Positions 49,826 through 60,046 of a stretch of DNA of 64,000 bases are shown piece by piece. Source of the DNA: an uncultured virus (IMG/VR IMGVR_UViG_3300046692_000581) (taxonomy: Duplodnaviria > Heunggongvirae > Uroviricota > Caudoviricetes); IMG/VR virus record IMGVR_UViG_3300046692_000581. One strand, given 5' to 3'. How positions within the stretch are numbered: the first letter of the stretch is position 1; each line of letters begins with the position of its first letter. The notes beneath the pieces are model-generated. The model did no database searches, was not told the origin of the DNA, and saw only the letters and a list, made by a program, of their open reading frames with translations. The position numbers and the translations under genes were made by a program.

Positions 49826-50553
49826 ATCGTAAATTCAAGCTGATCATTGGATAGCTTGGCGGCTCGCAAATTTCTTCGGTGAAAAGTGCTGCCGAGCACT
49901 GACAGCAATGCGGCTGGTTTCGGCGTCGTGACTCTTACTTTAAGCTCATAAACAGCGATCAGTTTACCGCCAGTGCTTCTAAAATTTTGAAGGACGCCCC
50001 GGCGAGGTCGGTTAGCAATCTTGGTGTTGGTGTCACCGCTTTCTAGGTTCACTTTTCCAATGGCGTCATTGACCTTGGCCATCATCTCTTTGAATTCAAG
50101 ACTTTCTCGCTCGTCCAATTCGGGTGAGTTGATGGCTTTGGGGAACGCAACGTCAAAACAAATTTCTGACACATGTCCATTGCTAATCTTGATGTCTTCA
50201 ATGAAAGCCGTGGGCTCCAAATCGTCGTTGGAGATCAGTCCGTTTTGCTCAAGAGCGAACCTCATGAACGGATTGGGATTTGACTGAATGTAATCGGTGA
50301 TACGCCGGATATTTTCAGGGGTGGCATGAACATAGCTATCGTAATCATCCCGGCGTGCATCCAGCGTATCCAAAAAGTCTAGAAACCCGTCCAGCGCTGT
50401 ACTGGATTCAAACCAATAGGAGCGGCTATGAGGCGCTAGACGAAGCTTAAATGAAGCCTGAGTCGGAGTAAGGGATTTGAGCATAAGACCTGCTGGATCA
50501 TTTCCCTGGCATCGCCAGGGCTGCAATGATGAGAATGAATGTTGAGGTGGCAA
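49798..50553 (-). CDS. hypothetical protein
   Basis: long ORF; likely start MLKSLT. Confidence 0.65.
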   Translation of the reverse strand: MPPQHSFSSLQPWRCQGNDPAGLMLKSLTPTQASFKLRLAPHSRSYWFESSTALDGFLDFLDTLDARRDDYDSYVHATPENIRRITDYIQSNPNPFMRFALEQNGLISNDDLEPTAFIEDIKISNGHVSEICFDVAFPKAINSPELDERESLEFKEMMAKVNDAIGKVNLESGDTNTKIANRPRRGVLQNFRSTGGKLIAVYELKVRVTTPKPAALLSVLGSTFHRRNLRAAKLSNDQLEFTICYSVTNEG

Positions 50554-50758
50554 TGGCGTAGCTGTGATTTCTCCAGATGCGCCAATCTTTGTATTCCGGA
50601 GCTTCCACCTGTGTCGGCCTGCCAGCCTTTATCCAGAATTGCTTTAACCATTTACTGTGGTGTGCGCATAAGCCCGCGCCAATCGCTGTGAAGACGCAAA
50701 AGATGAGAAGCCCTTGTGCGTTTGGGCTCAAAGTGTCCAAAAAGATCATTGAGGGCAT
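50498..50758 (-). CDS. small two-TM membrane protein
   Basis: two hydrophobic segments. Confidence 0.55.
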   Translation of the reverse strand: MPSMIFLDTLSPNAQGLLIFCVFTAIGAGLCAHHSKWLKQFWIKAGRPTQVEAPEYKDWRIWRNHSYAIATSTFILIIAALAMPGK

Positions 50759-50823
50759 TCCAACATTTCATGGTGGCCATCGTACCCATGAGGTCGCGAT
50801 CAGTCAATATTATATTTCGCTGA

Positions 50824-51519
50824 ATGATTGCCACCTTGACATATTTTCATTTTCAGCCTAGGATTACCCAATCATATTCTAATTGCGCAAAGGTCGTTCT
50901 AATGATTTATTCAAGGCCAGAATCAGTGCTTGAACATCATCGTTTTCTGGATAAATTCCCTTTTCTGAGTGATGTCCCTCCAGTCCAAGCGATGCTGTAT
51001 CTATGGCGAGGGGCTTCATTGTATACAAGCCAATCCCGTGTAGTACCAGCCGACATGAGCCAAGTCTTTGTTGAAGGGCTTCTGCAAACTCGGATTATTG
51101 AGGCGCAAGAGCGCCTGACTGAAATTAATCAAGTCCGTCGAACCACATTTGATCAATTCGCTGAAGCTTTTGTGGATTATGAAAAATGTAAGGGTGTTCA
51201 GGACTTTGTAGTGAACGGCTCCATGGGCAGTCAACGGTTCAAAATGGAGCGCAGTGAAAAGCATGGCTTTATCGAACTCTACGGTCAGATCGCCAGCAAT
51301 TTCGCAAAGGTAGTGTTCCGCCCTCTCGCACGTATTTATTACGGCGAAGAAAAGCGCTTGTCTATAAGGGTGTCCCAGGAACTCCGTGTTGAATTTAAAA
51401 TGGCGCGGAAAAATCCAATTGTTACCTGTGTCGCTTGGGAAAGGGAGCTTGAAATCAATGCTACACCTTATGATCTCTTGATGGGCGCATTGATTGCCAG
51501 TGGTAATTTTGATGACTGA
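50824..51519 (+). CDS. hypothetical protein
   Basis: long ORF; likely start MIYSRP. Confidence 0.65.
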   Translation: MIATLTYFHFQPRITQSYSNCAKVVLMIYSRPESVLEHHRFLDKFPFLSDVPPVQAMLYLWRGASLYTSQSRVVPADMSQVFVEGLLQTRIIEAQERLTEINQVRRTTFDQFAEAFVDYEKCKGVQDFVVNGSMGSQRFKMERSEKHGFIELYGQIASNFAKVVFRPLARIYYGEEKRLSIRVSQELRVEFKMARKNPIVTCVAWERELEINATPYDLLMGALIASGNFDD

Positions 51520-51825
51520 CAAGAAGCTCGGATCCGCTTCGCGTGAAGACCCAGCGGGGGCTTTCTCCCTGCTTTTGCTTAAGGCGCTCCATCGGGCGCT
51601 TGTGAGTGAAGTCATTCAATTGAAGGAGGCTGAAGTGCAGAAGGATGTCGGTGAGTCCACGAAAGTGGAAAATTCTGGGCTTGGTGTTTGAGTCGATAAT
51701 CAGGTTGAATTTCAGTGTAATGTTGTTGAGGGAATCCCTCTTCACTGCTTTTCCTAGATAAGCTGTAATCACTGCAAGTGGTGTACACTGCCTCCAGCGG
51801 TGAGTCTAAAAATGAAGGATGAGTA

Positions 51826-52305
51826 ATGAATGAACCTATCGTGCTAACCATAAGTGATAGCGAAAGTTATGGTACATACTGGATGGAGTGTGTGGGTGTT
51901 GTTGATTTTCTAGACATTATTCGTACCCAGTCCATTGATGCCTACATGAGCTGGTCGGAACGGTTTCATCCACTGAAATATTTTCTCGGCGTAGTGCTTC
52001 AAGACCTTCATTGCCATGTTGATAAGAACGGATCGAATGCACATGCCGGTCGTGTTGCTGTTTTTGCAGGAACAGCCAGGGTGAACGCAAATTGGGATTT
52101 CAAGGGCAGCAAGTACGGCCAAAGCATTGGAGGCCGCAAGCGTGCTATGCCGCTCAATCACAGTGAAAAAGTGATTGAGAAATGGCAAAATAGCCTACCC
52201 AATCGAATTCTGGTGCCTCAGTGGCTTGAAGGCTGCACCACTATGGAAGATGTCGTTAGGGCAGACAAACTCAATGCCATTGACCCCTGCCCTCATTGTC
52301 GATAG
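51826..52305 (+). CDS. hypothetical protein
   Basis: 159-aa ORF, AAGGA SD, terminal CPHC. Confidence 0.65.
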   Translation: MNEPIVLTISDSESYGTYWMECVGVVDFLDIIRTQSIDAYMSWSERFHPLKYFLGVVLQDLHCHVDKNGSNAHAGRVAVFAGTARVNANWDFKGSKYGQSIGGRKRAMPLNHSEKVIEKWQNSLPNRILVPQWLEGCTTMEDVVRADKLNAIDPCPHCR

Positions 52306-52387
52306 CTGTATCCTGATGCGTTCTGTTTAATGAGTTGCTCGGCTGCTGCTAATTATCAGCCGTCATCAAATTTACTGTGAGAAAATT

Positions 52388-52861
52388 ATGTCGCAAAGTG
52401 TAGGCTCTAAAATTGGGCACTTTTTTAAAATAAACCTCGACCTTATTGATCAAAAAGAAGACTTTACACGGTGTTCGGGGATCAATTGTTCCAATCATCA
52501 TCAGTTTATCACCGGACGTTATTGTTCTGAATGTGGCTCTGAGATAGAGAAGGCTTCTCGATCCAAAGAAACAAAATCAGATTCTCAGTATGACATTTTG
52601 CCGAGGGAACTTGCTGAATGCGTTGAGCGGGGCTATAGAGGAAGCGGTGTCTGGATTATCAATTTCAGTATCGAGGACGTTAAAGACAGTGATGAAGATC
52701 ATGAGTGTGGCATTACTTTTCTTGATCCCCATGTGATTATAAAGGAGCAAGAGTTGGTCCGAGAAAATCCTGTGGTTAAGCAAATTGTTCAGTACATGAA
52801 CGACACTTATGGGGTCGGCTCAATTGAATTGAAATATGGCGTTTACGTTTACATTCATTGA
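52388..52861 (+). CDS. zinc-ribbon hypothetical protein
   Basis: CSGINC...YCSECG. Confidence 0.7.
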   Translation: MSQSVGSKIGHFFKINLDLIDQKEDFTRCSGINCSNHHQFITGRYCSECGSEIEKASRSKETKSDSQYDILPRELAECVERGYRGSGVWIINFSIEDVKDSDEDHECGITFLDPHVIIKEQELVRENPVVKQIVQYMNDTYGVGSIELKYGVYVYIH

Positions 52862-52987
52862 CTTCGCTTTAGTTTCCATCTGATGGATTCAGCGCGATGG
52901 CCAACGGCATATATTGATGGGGTCATTATTTTCTGGAGGTCGAATGGTTTTTTCGACCTCCGCACAGGCTCCTCCGGAGGCATGTCG

Positions 52988-53467
52988 TCAGATATTCATG
53001 TTCATCTCAAGAGCCTGTTTCTTTCGAATGAAAATTTGCTTCTTTCTATCCAATACTTCCTTGTCAATATCCCCAATGTCATGGCCTCGTTTTTCATGAG
53101 TAATCAGTGCTGCAATCATTGCATTATTCAGTTTTGCAAATGAGCCAATGTGCGTTGACTCTCCTTCGTCGTTAGATAGGTAGGGGACAGACTCTTCATA
53201 ACTCACTGAAAACACATTTGGGTTATGGAACATTCGATAAACTTCAGCGTGCCCGCCATAATTTTCGCCAAAGTTATTCCCCTGAGTTGGTGTAATGCAA
53301 ATGCGTACGCCAACTAAATCTCCGTCATCGTTATTACGATAATTGTAAACACCGTCATACACAGAAAATCCGACAAAATCGGCTGCTGACTGCACGGAGA
53401 CGAGTCGCAAAAATTCTTTGTCTTTGAGCATTTCGTCCATTTGGATATCGCTGACTAACTCCGCCAT
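52988..53467 (-). CDS. hypothetical protein
   Basis: 159-aa ORF, GGAG SD. Confidence 0.65.
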   Translation of the reverse strand: MAELVSDIQMDEMLKDKEFLRLVSVQSAADFVGFSVYDGVYNYRNNDDGDLVGVRICITPTQGNNFGENYGGHAEVYRMFHNPNVFSVSYEESVPYLSNDEGESTHIGSFAKLNNAMIAALITHEKRGHDIGDIDKEVLDRKKQIFIRKKQALEMNMNI

Positions 53468-53648
53468 TTATCAACTCCGCGCCAGTAAAAGCTTCTTAAT
53501 ATCCAATAATTATACATTAAAAGCTGTGTTTTTTGATGAGCGAAATAAAATGCTCACTTGAGTTCCCATGGATCGATGAGATGGTTTTTCATGCAGCATA
53601 CCTGAATAAGATCAGTGGCTTGGCGACAATTCCATTGACATTTTTCTA

Positions 53649-54203
53649 GTGTCGCGCTATATTAAAGCCATTCCAGTAAGGCCCGCTCCAGGGTCTTCCA
53701 GCATGATTAGGATTATCGCGATGAGAAATGACAACGGGCGGGAGGTCAAAGACTTTATCTCCAAAATTACGCCAGAGATGGTTGACTCCTTTTGGAAGTC
53801 CTTGAGGGAAAAGGCTGAGTGGCGCGAAGCTTGGTTCAAAACTGACCTTTGTCAGCGCATGATCCTGGACGTTTCGAAGTCGGACCATGGCTTGGATGCT
53901 GAGGACTTCTCGTACTTTCCCGATAGGGTGCGTAATCGCCTTGGGTGGGGTGATTTGTCCGATGACACCATTGAGCAATTCATCGAGACGATGAGCGATG
54001 CCAGTTTTGGGGTTGAGGCGTTCATTCATGAACCTAATCCTGAAAACCCGTTTCCACATTGGGTGTATTTGAAAGCCGGACTGCTTGTCTTTACCATGAG
54101 TGGCCAGGGAACCATTCATTGGTTTCAGTCGACCGATCTTGATCCTGAAATGCACGAGCGGCTAAAAGCCGTGGCAAAAGAACAGCCCCAGGAAAAAGCC
54201 TGA
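53649..54203 (+). CDS. hypothetical protein
   Basis: ORF upstream of Sel1 gene; start uncertain. Confidence 0.6.
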   Translation: MSRYIKAIPVRPAPGSSSMIRIIAMRNDNGREVKDFISKITPEMVDSFWKSLREKAEWREAWFKTDLCQRMILDVSKSDHGLDAEDFSYFPDRVRNRLGWGDLSDDTIEQFIETMSDASFGVEAFIHEPNPENPFPHWVYLKAGLLVFTMSGQGTIHWFQSTDLDPEMHERLKAVAKEQPQEKA

Positions 54204-54237
54204 GTCATTCGCCAAACCCGCCAACAAGGATTTTACG

Positions 54238-55239
54238 ATGAGCAAGTTTGCCTATTTGTTGATTGCAGCGACGGCACTTTTGAGTGGCTGTAGCGGTATG
54301 AAAGAGAACCCATACGCGCATCAGGCCGGGAGTGTTCAGTCGTACCCCACTGCTCCGGCTCAACAGCTCACGCCTGCCGAACAGCAAGCTGATCTATTGG
54401 AAGGTCAGTCCCGAGCCCTGTTTGCTCAGGGGCAAACCACGCAGGGCATGGCAGTGCTGAAGCAGGCGGCTGACCTTGGCGGTGGCAGTGCCAATTACCA
54501 GATGGCTCGCCACTATATCCAGGGCGTTGATGTTCGTCAGGATAATGCGCTGGCTCACGCCTACTTGGTGCGTGCTGATGCGGCTGGTTATGCTGAAGCC
54601 ACGCGGGTACTGGCATGGCAATCGTTGCGGGGATCAGGCACAACTCAAAACATTGCACTGGGCAAGCAGCTTTTTGATAAAGCTTCGCAAACCAGTGTGC
54701 GCGCTAAACGTGAATCAGGGCTTCTATATTTGGGTCAGCTGCAACCTGACTTGAAAGATCCAGTCAAGGGCGCTCAGCTGCTCCAGATGGCCTATAAGGA
54801 AGGTGATGCAGAGTCGGCTTACTACTACTCAAAAGCCATTCTCTACGTCTCTGAGAGTGATGCGCGTAATGCCCTCCTGTTCGCTGGTAAAGCTGGATAT
54901 CCCAAGGCGCTGATGGATGTCGGTAAGTATGCCATGCAGCAAGGTGACGCTGAGTACGCCAGTGCCTGTTACATGAAGGCGGCTTTGGCTGGTGACTCCG
55001 AGGCGATGTACCAGTACGCTAACAACGTGTTGATCGGCAAATTCAAAAGCCCCAATCGTGAGCTGGTGGCCTATACATGGTTCAGCATTGCCAACGATTA
55101 CAAGCAGCCTCAAGCCAGGGGCGACTTGCAGGCTTTGGACGGAGTGCGCCGGGTCTATGACTCGCGTCAGCCGGGCTATTTGGCCAAGATCAAAACTGAA
55201 ACCAAACGCATGATCAGTCCGTGGGGTAGCGAAAGCTAA
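54238..55239 (+). CDS. Sel1-repeat lipoprotein (paralogue of 38541-39758)
   Basis: Lipobox LSGC; EATRVLAW, SVRAKRESGLLYLG, VAYTWF. Confidence 0.85.
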   Translation: MSKFAYLLIAATALLSGCSGMKENPYAHQAGSVQSYPTAPAQQLTPAEQQADLLEGQSRALFAQGQTTQGMAVLKQAADLGGGSANYQMARHYIQGVDVRQDNALAHAYLVRADAAGYAEATRVLAWQSLRGSGTTQNIALGKQLFDKASQTSVRAKRESGLLYLGQLQPDLKDPVKGAQLLQMAYKEGDAESAYYYSKAILYVSESDARNALLFAGKAGYPKALMDVGKYAMQQGDAEYASACYMKAALAGDSEAMYQYANNVLIGKFKSPNRELVAYTWFSIANDYKQPQARGDLQALDGVRRVYDSRQPGYLAKIKTETKRMISPWGSES

Positions 55240-55304
55240 TCACTAGAAAAAATCTGACGATCCAGGTTCTGCATTAGGCCTGGATCGTTTTAACTTTTGA
55301 GGGA

Positions 55305-55688
55305 ATGGCAATGCAGTTGAGCGAGTATGCAAAAGAGCGATTTGACATGTTTTTGAGCGCCTTGCCGGGATGGAATCATGGAACGGGTGTCCCGACGACA
55401 CAGGCGCATGTCGACGAAGCCTCTCGTCTGATAGATGCCATGTTTGCCCTCGGTCTTGAAGAGCCAAGCTTGTGCATGGGAGAAGGAGGAGAAATTGCGC
55501 TGATTTGGAGTAAAGGTGAAATGGTCAAGGGAAGTGACGACCTTTACATTTGTATCGACTGTTTTGCCACTGGTGAGTACACAGCGATGTCGTGCCGTGG
55601 CGACGATGAATTTCGAACTGGATTTTTCGCAATTGATTCGGTGCCTGAATGGCTGGTGCAGGAAATTCGTTCCACCTCGCATGCTTGA
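55305..55688 (+). CDS. hypothetical protein (family shared with 59024-59407)
   Basis: L..GW...P...A..L...P.....G...L.W...LY pattern. Confidence 0.65.
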   Translation: MAMQLSEYAKERFDMFLSALPGWNHGTGVPTTQAHVDEASRLIDAMFALGLEEPSLCMGEGGEIALIWSKGEMVKGSDDLYICIDCFATGEYTAMSCRGDDEFRTGFFAIDSVPEWLVQEIRSTSHA

Positions 55689-55761
55689 TCGCCCGAAAGC
55701 AGCCCTTTCTGGCTCGGTTTGATAGATAATAAACAACTTCCATATTTTTAGGGGTCGAGTT

Positions 55762-56070
55762 ATGCGCTATACATTTCTCATCAGCCACAACTGCGGTATG
55801 TCCTACCAGAAGGCGCTGGAGTCTGATTCGCTCGATGATTCTGAATTCAAATCAATGGCCGAATATTGCAATCAGAATTACCTGCGCTATGTCATTGAAG
55901 ATGAGCAAGGCGGCAATGTAGGTCTTTCTGATATTCACAAGGCAACGCTGGCTCTATTTGGACCTTCTTCGCCCTACAAATCGCGCTCTGTCGATGAGAT
56001 GGTTTCAGACCTCACCGCTCATTTTGGCTGCAAAACCAAAAAACGATCTGGTTCAATCGCTATGCGATAA
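55762..56070 (+). CDS. hypothetical protein
   Basis: 102-aa ORF. Confidence 0.6.
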   Translation: MRYTFLISHNCGMSYQKALESDSLDDSEFKSMAEYCNQNYLRYVIEDEQGGNVGLSDIHKATLALFGPSSPYKSRSVDEMVSDLTAHFGCKTKKRSGSIAMR

Positions 56071-56137
56071 GGTGCGATCATTGACTTGGTTTGGCTCAAT
56101 GCTTATAAGTCAGAAATCAATTCAAGGAAATTTCAGC

Positions 56138-56599
56138 ATGAGCGAAATCCACACGAGTATCATTGAAGCGTCTGGTGATCAGTCCGCTGCAACGGGCTTT
56201 GGAACATTCCAGGAGCTGCTGGATGAGTACTCTCTTGATCTCCAGCAGCGGGGCAAGGTCAAGGCTCGTGAGATCAAGCGCATTTTTGAAATTCATGTAA
56301 CTGCGCACTTTCCTGATCTAATGATCAAGCCAGCTCGTGAAATCACTCCCTTGGAGATCGCAGCAATCCTCAAGCGCTTGCTCGCGTCAAAGCCAAGCAA
56401 GCGAGGCATCAATAATACGACCCCGAATCCTGAGAGCAATATGCGGTCTGCGACGAATACGCTTCATACTTACCTGCGCGCAGCCTTCAAGAAGGCTAAA
56501 TGTTTCGAGGTCTGTATTGACGGTGAAGCCGTGCAGCCGAATCGCTTTGCCCTGACGTCGAACCCGGCTGAAGCTGTTCGGGCGTTGGATGAGGGATGA
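56138..56599 (+). CDS. stand-alone tyrosine-integrase core-binding domain, no catalytic domain
   Basis: TFQELLDEY, KPAREIT..EI..IL, N.L..YLRAAF..A, SNPA; stop just after; AAGGA SD. Confidence 0.65.
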   Translation: MSEIHTSIIEASGDQSAATGFGTFQELLDEYSLDLQQRGKVKAREIKRIFEIHVTAHFPDLMIKPAREITPLEIAAILKRLLASKPSKRGINNTTPNPESNMRSATNTLHTYLRAAFKKAKCFEVCIDGEAVQPNRFALTSNPAEAVRALDEG

Positions 56600-56676
56600 A
56601 GTGTAGTCCCCCGTTAATCGACAAGCCTACTGAGCTTAATTGATTTATTTTTCGATGTACATGCATGTCAATTTAG

Positions 56677-56705
56677 TTGACACTCATGACGTGGGTGTAT
56701 ATAAT
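56677..56705 (+). promoter_or_regulatory. perfect-consensus sigma70 promoter
   Basis: TTGACA-N17-TATAAT. Confidence 0.88.
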
Positions 56706-56738
56706 TAGCTACAAATTAAATGATTGTGAGATTGTCTC

Positions 56739-57182
56739 GTGCGCCAAGTCACCTTTCTTCCAAAGCAAGCCGCTGGTGCTCTCACCCAGCCAGCCAATGT
56801 AATTTCGATCTGTTCTCCCGGCGAGTTTCAGAAGTTCGCGTGTGAGCACAAACGTCTGCTTCGTCTATCGTTCTATCCAAACGACTTTGGTGATCTGAAG
56901 TACAACATCCCGACCGAAGAAACCGCCAAGCAGATCATCGATTTCGTAGAGTCCTGCCAAGGTGAAAACATCATTGTGCATTGTGGTGAAGGCAGTGTTC
57001 GCTCGACCGCCGTTGCCTGCTTTATGGATTGTGACATGGACTACAAATTGGATTACAAGTTTCCTGGTTGCAAACGTTCGATCAGCAATCGCAGTCGCAA
57101 TTTGTTCACGCTCCTGCGTCACGAGTATGCCAAGCGCTACCCTCGCACACACAGTGTCCCATCAGAACAAGGCGCGGCTTAA
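56739..57182 (+). CDS. protein-tyrosine/dual-specificity phosphatase-like protein
   Basis: IIVHCGEGSVRSTAVA (HCX5R). Confidence 0.82.
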   Translation: MRQVTFLPKQAAGALTQPANVISICSPGEFQKFACEHKRLLRLSFYPNDFGDLKYNIPTEETAKQIIDFVESCQGENIIVHCGEGSVRSTAVACFMDCDMDYKLDYKFPGCKRSISNRSRNLFTLLRHEYAKRYPRTHSVPSEQGAA

Positions 57183-57202
57183 TAAGCCACCCAGGAATTT
57201 CC

Positions 57203-57625
57203 ATGAAGCCAACTCGACAAGAATACAAAGAATTTTTCCAGCGCCAGCAGCCTCTGATCAAGCAGTTGCGTGACGATCTTGAGCATATTTCTATCCATGC
57301 GTTCGGGCGTGACATGATCTTTGAAGGGACATTCCACGAAAGTCCGTGTGACGATCAGTTGTTCACCCGCAATGTGGTGATGAAGGCTCAGTTCGATGGT
57401 AAAGGGTGGACCGTGGGTCCGATCAAGGGTGAGTTGGACTTCGGCGATGAGGGCGTGGTTGAGGACCTTGTGGTTAATGAGATTGGGGACTCGATTGAGG
57501 AATCTCGCCTAAAACTGAGGGGCATGATGACGGAGTGGCGGTTCCCGGAAGTGGCGCTGGAGCAAGCGAATCTGATTATTGATCAACTGATCGAAGCTCG
57601 CACCCGGATCTTGGCCGTAAACTAG
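57203..57625 (+). CDS. hypothetical protein
   Basis: AGGA SD before MKPTRQ. Confidence 0.65.
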   Translation: MKPTRQEYKEFFQRQQPLIKQLRDDLEHISIHAFGRDMIFEGTFHESPCDDQLFTRNVVMKAQFDGKGWTVGPIKGELDFGDEGVVEDLVVNEIGDSIEESRLKLRGMMTEWRFPEVALEQANLIIDQLIEARTRILAVN

Positions 57626-57716
57626 AACGCACATGTCAGTGGGTAATTCTTGTCGAATTGACCAGCAATACCTTTCATATGGCGGAAAATAAACATTTAT
57701 TTAGTCAAGGTAGACC

Positions 57717-58109
57717 ATGAAAACTGCTGTGTATTTCGTTAAAAATAATAAAATCGTTGGCGTTGGGCAAGGCTACATAGCCTGGGAACTCGTCAATGGC
57801 GTCTCGATTCTTGAGAGCATGAGGCACGGCTGGGACACTGCTCAGTCATACTATAAAGACCTGAAGCGTGGCCGGTGGTCTCAGTGCGATTTGTTCTGGA
57901 AAGAACAAATGAGCAAATGGTTTACCACTGAGGAAGACTTTGCGACTTTTGACTATGCCATTGTGATGGACTACAAAATCCCGAGTGATTGGTTCAGAGA
58001 ACTGAGAGACAAGAGCCTGAATTCGATGGTACTAACAGATCGGAAACAGGCAGGCCAGTTGGTGACGATGCCAGATGACGAGCTGGAAAAGCTTTTTGCT
58101 CATCAATGA
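57717..58109 (+). CDS. hypothetical protein
   Basis: 130-aa ORF, AAGGT SD. Confidence 0.65.
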   Translation: MKTAVYFVKNNKIVGVGQGYIAWELVNGVSILESMRHGWDTAQSYYKDLKRGRWSQCDLFWKEQMSKWFTTEEDFATFDYAIVMDYKIPSDWFRELRDKSLNSMVLTDRKQAGQLVTMPDDELEKLFAHQ

Positions 58110-58226
58110 TCTAGCATTCAACGGCGCGGTTCAATTGCTGCGATGCGTGGTCATGAAGCTGATTTTGCTTAATTGACATTTGGCCGTCGTCATATATAAT
58201 AAATCCAAATCTATAGGAAGCAGTAA

Positions 58227-58793
58227 ATGAGCATTAAGTCTGACAAGTGGATCCGCCGAATGGCGCAGGAACATGGCATGATCGACCCTTTCGTGGAGCG
58301 CCAAATTCGGGGCGACGTGAATGATCGGAAGATCTCCTTTGGCGTTTCAAGCTACGGCTATGACGTGCGCTGTACCAACAAGTTTAAGGTGTTCACGAAC
58401 ATCAACAGCGCTACCGTAGATCCCAAAAATTTTGATGAAAGCAGTTTTGTCGAGGTTGAAAGTGACGTGTGTATCATTCCGCCAAACTCTTTTGCGTTGG
58501 CGAGCACCGTTGAGTATTTTCGAATCCCGCGAAACGTACTGACCATTTGCCTTGGCAAGAGCACCTATGCTCGGTGCGGTATCATCGTCAACGTCACGCC
58601 GCTTGAGCCTGAGTGGGAGGGGCACGTAACCTTGGAATTTTCCAACACCACTACCCTGCCAGCTAAAATCTACGCCAATGAAGGTGTGGCTCAGATGCTG
58701 TTCTTGGAGTCGGATGAAGAATGTGAGGTGTCTTACAAGGACCGGGGTGGAAAATACCAGGGGCAGCGCGGCGTAACGCTGCCGAGGGTTTGA
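58227..58793 (+). CDS. dcd: dCTP deaminase
   Basis: [37 protein letters not shown]; Pseudomonas-like; TTGACA-N16-TATAAT at 58173-58200. Confidence 0.97.
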   Translation: MSIKSDKWIRRMAQEHGMIDPFVERQIRGDVNDRKISFGVSSYGYDVRCTNKFKVFTNINSATVDPKNFDESSFVEVESDVCIIPPNSFALASTVEYFRIPRNVLTICLGKSTYARCGIIVNVTPLEPEWEGHVTLEFSNTTTLPAKIYANEGVAQMLFLESDEECEVSYKDRGGKYQGQRGVTLPRV

Positions 58794-59002
58794 TCATGGA
58801 TGCAGAACAGTTGAAAGAGCTGCAAAAGCTGGTCAGAACCTTTGGCACATACAAGGTGGTTTCTGTTATTGCTGACATGGCGTCGGAAGCGGTGCAGGAT
58901 TACAAAAATAATCCCGATGCCGTCATTCATCGAGACCTGCCTGTGGTGAGAAATGCTGTCGAGCAAATGAAGCAAAATCACGAAATCCGGCGTTTCGATT
59001 GA
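58790..59002 (+). CDS. small hypothetical protein
   Basis: coupled to dcd stop. Confidence 0.6.
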   Translation: MIMDAEQLKELQKLVRTFGTYKVVSVIADMASEAVQDYKNNPDAVIHRDLPVVRNAVEQMKQNHEIRRFD

Positions 59003-59023
59003 ATAAGGTTTCCGGGGGTAAGC

Positions 59024-59407
59024 ATGGGTGATCTCAGTGCAGTACGAATTCAATACCAGCAGTACAAGCTGTTGGAAAAAGGTTGGTGTGGCGATGAAGA
59101 TGATCCTTGTCCAGCTCCGGCGCCTGAGAGCCTTGCGCTGGGTGAGGCCTTCTTGGCGCACATTGAGTCGGTGAGTAATTTTCGTACCCCTGTCGCCTTT
59201 CTTGACCATGAAGGCATACCCGGACTGGTATGGCCCTCTGATGATCATTACTTGTACCTTTCGGTCGCGTTCTATCCTGATGGTGACATCGTGTATTACT
59301 CTTGGAAAAAGGCTGATGCATCGCAAGAGTCAGGGCTTTTCAAGATTGAGAACACTACAGAGCTTGAAAAGCTCGTTGAGCTGATCAGGAAAGTGAGTGC
59401 CAGTTAG
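59024..59407 (+). CDS. hypothetical protein (family shared with 55305-55688)
   Basis: LEKGWCG...P...FL...P....EG..GLVW...LYL...DG. Confidence 0.65.
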   Translation: MGDLSAVRIQYQQYKLLEKGWCGDEDDPCPAPAPESLALGEAFLAHIESVSNFRTPVAFLDHEGIPGLVWPSDDHYLYLSVAFYPDGDIVYYSWKKADASQESGLFKIENTTELEKLVELIRKVSAS

Positions 59408-59464
59408 GGTACTTTGAAAAATCGAAAGCTGAAGCTTGTGCTTCGGCTTTTTCGTTCGTGAGGT

Positions 59465-60046
59465 TTGACGATGAAAAAGACTGTGTTGATACAAGTGCCT
59501 TCCAGTGAAGCCATGTCCGATCATGAACTCAAAGACTTGCTCTATCGTGCCAGTGAGGCTGGCCTAGCAGCAGAGCGCGCTGTTTTGAGCGACATTACCG
59601 CTTACGACATCCTCAGGCTTGCTGCGCGTGAGAAGGCACTACAGGCGCGGCTACAGGAGCTTGAGGATAAGCTGATGGACATTGCTGATACTCTGAGCCC
59701 TGCCCCGGCCATTTATGGCAACGCATCAAAACTTGGTGATACTGATGTGATTCGTCATGCGTGGGCGCTGGTACGAGAGCATTCTGCGTCTGAATCTTCC
59801 AGGCAGAGAACTTATGTTACAAAGATTCCTGATGTGCCTATGAAGCACTTCAAATGGTGTCATCCAGGTGACCAGAATCGGCAATTGTGGATGCTGATGT
59901 TCGATGATGCTGATCGTGGGACGGCCATTTATTACGATGAGCCTGAAGCGCTGGCGGCATTTTCCCGTGCTGAGGGCATTGGTTTCAATTGCCATCTATT
60001 GACCAGTGTTCCAAGGACCAAGGAAAGTCAGGAGAGTCCAGCATGA
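59465..60046 (+). CDS. hypothetical protein
   Basis: GAGGT SD; 193-aa ORF. Confidence 0.65.
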   Translation: MTMKKTVLIQVPSSEAMSDHELKDLLYRASEAGLAAERAVLSDITAYDILRLAAREKALQARLQELEDKLMDIADTLSPAPAIYGNASKLGDTDVIRHAWALVREHSASESSRQRTYVTKIPDVPMKHFKWCHPGDQNRQLWMLMFDDADRGTAIYYDEPEALAAFSRAEGIGFNCHLLTSVPRTKESQESPA

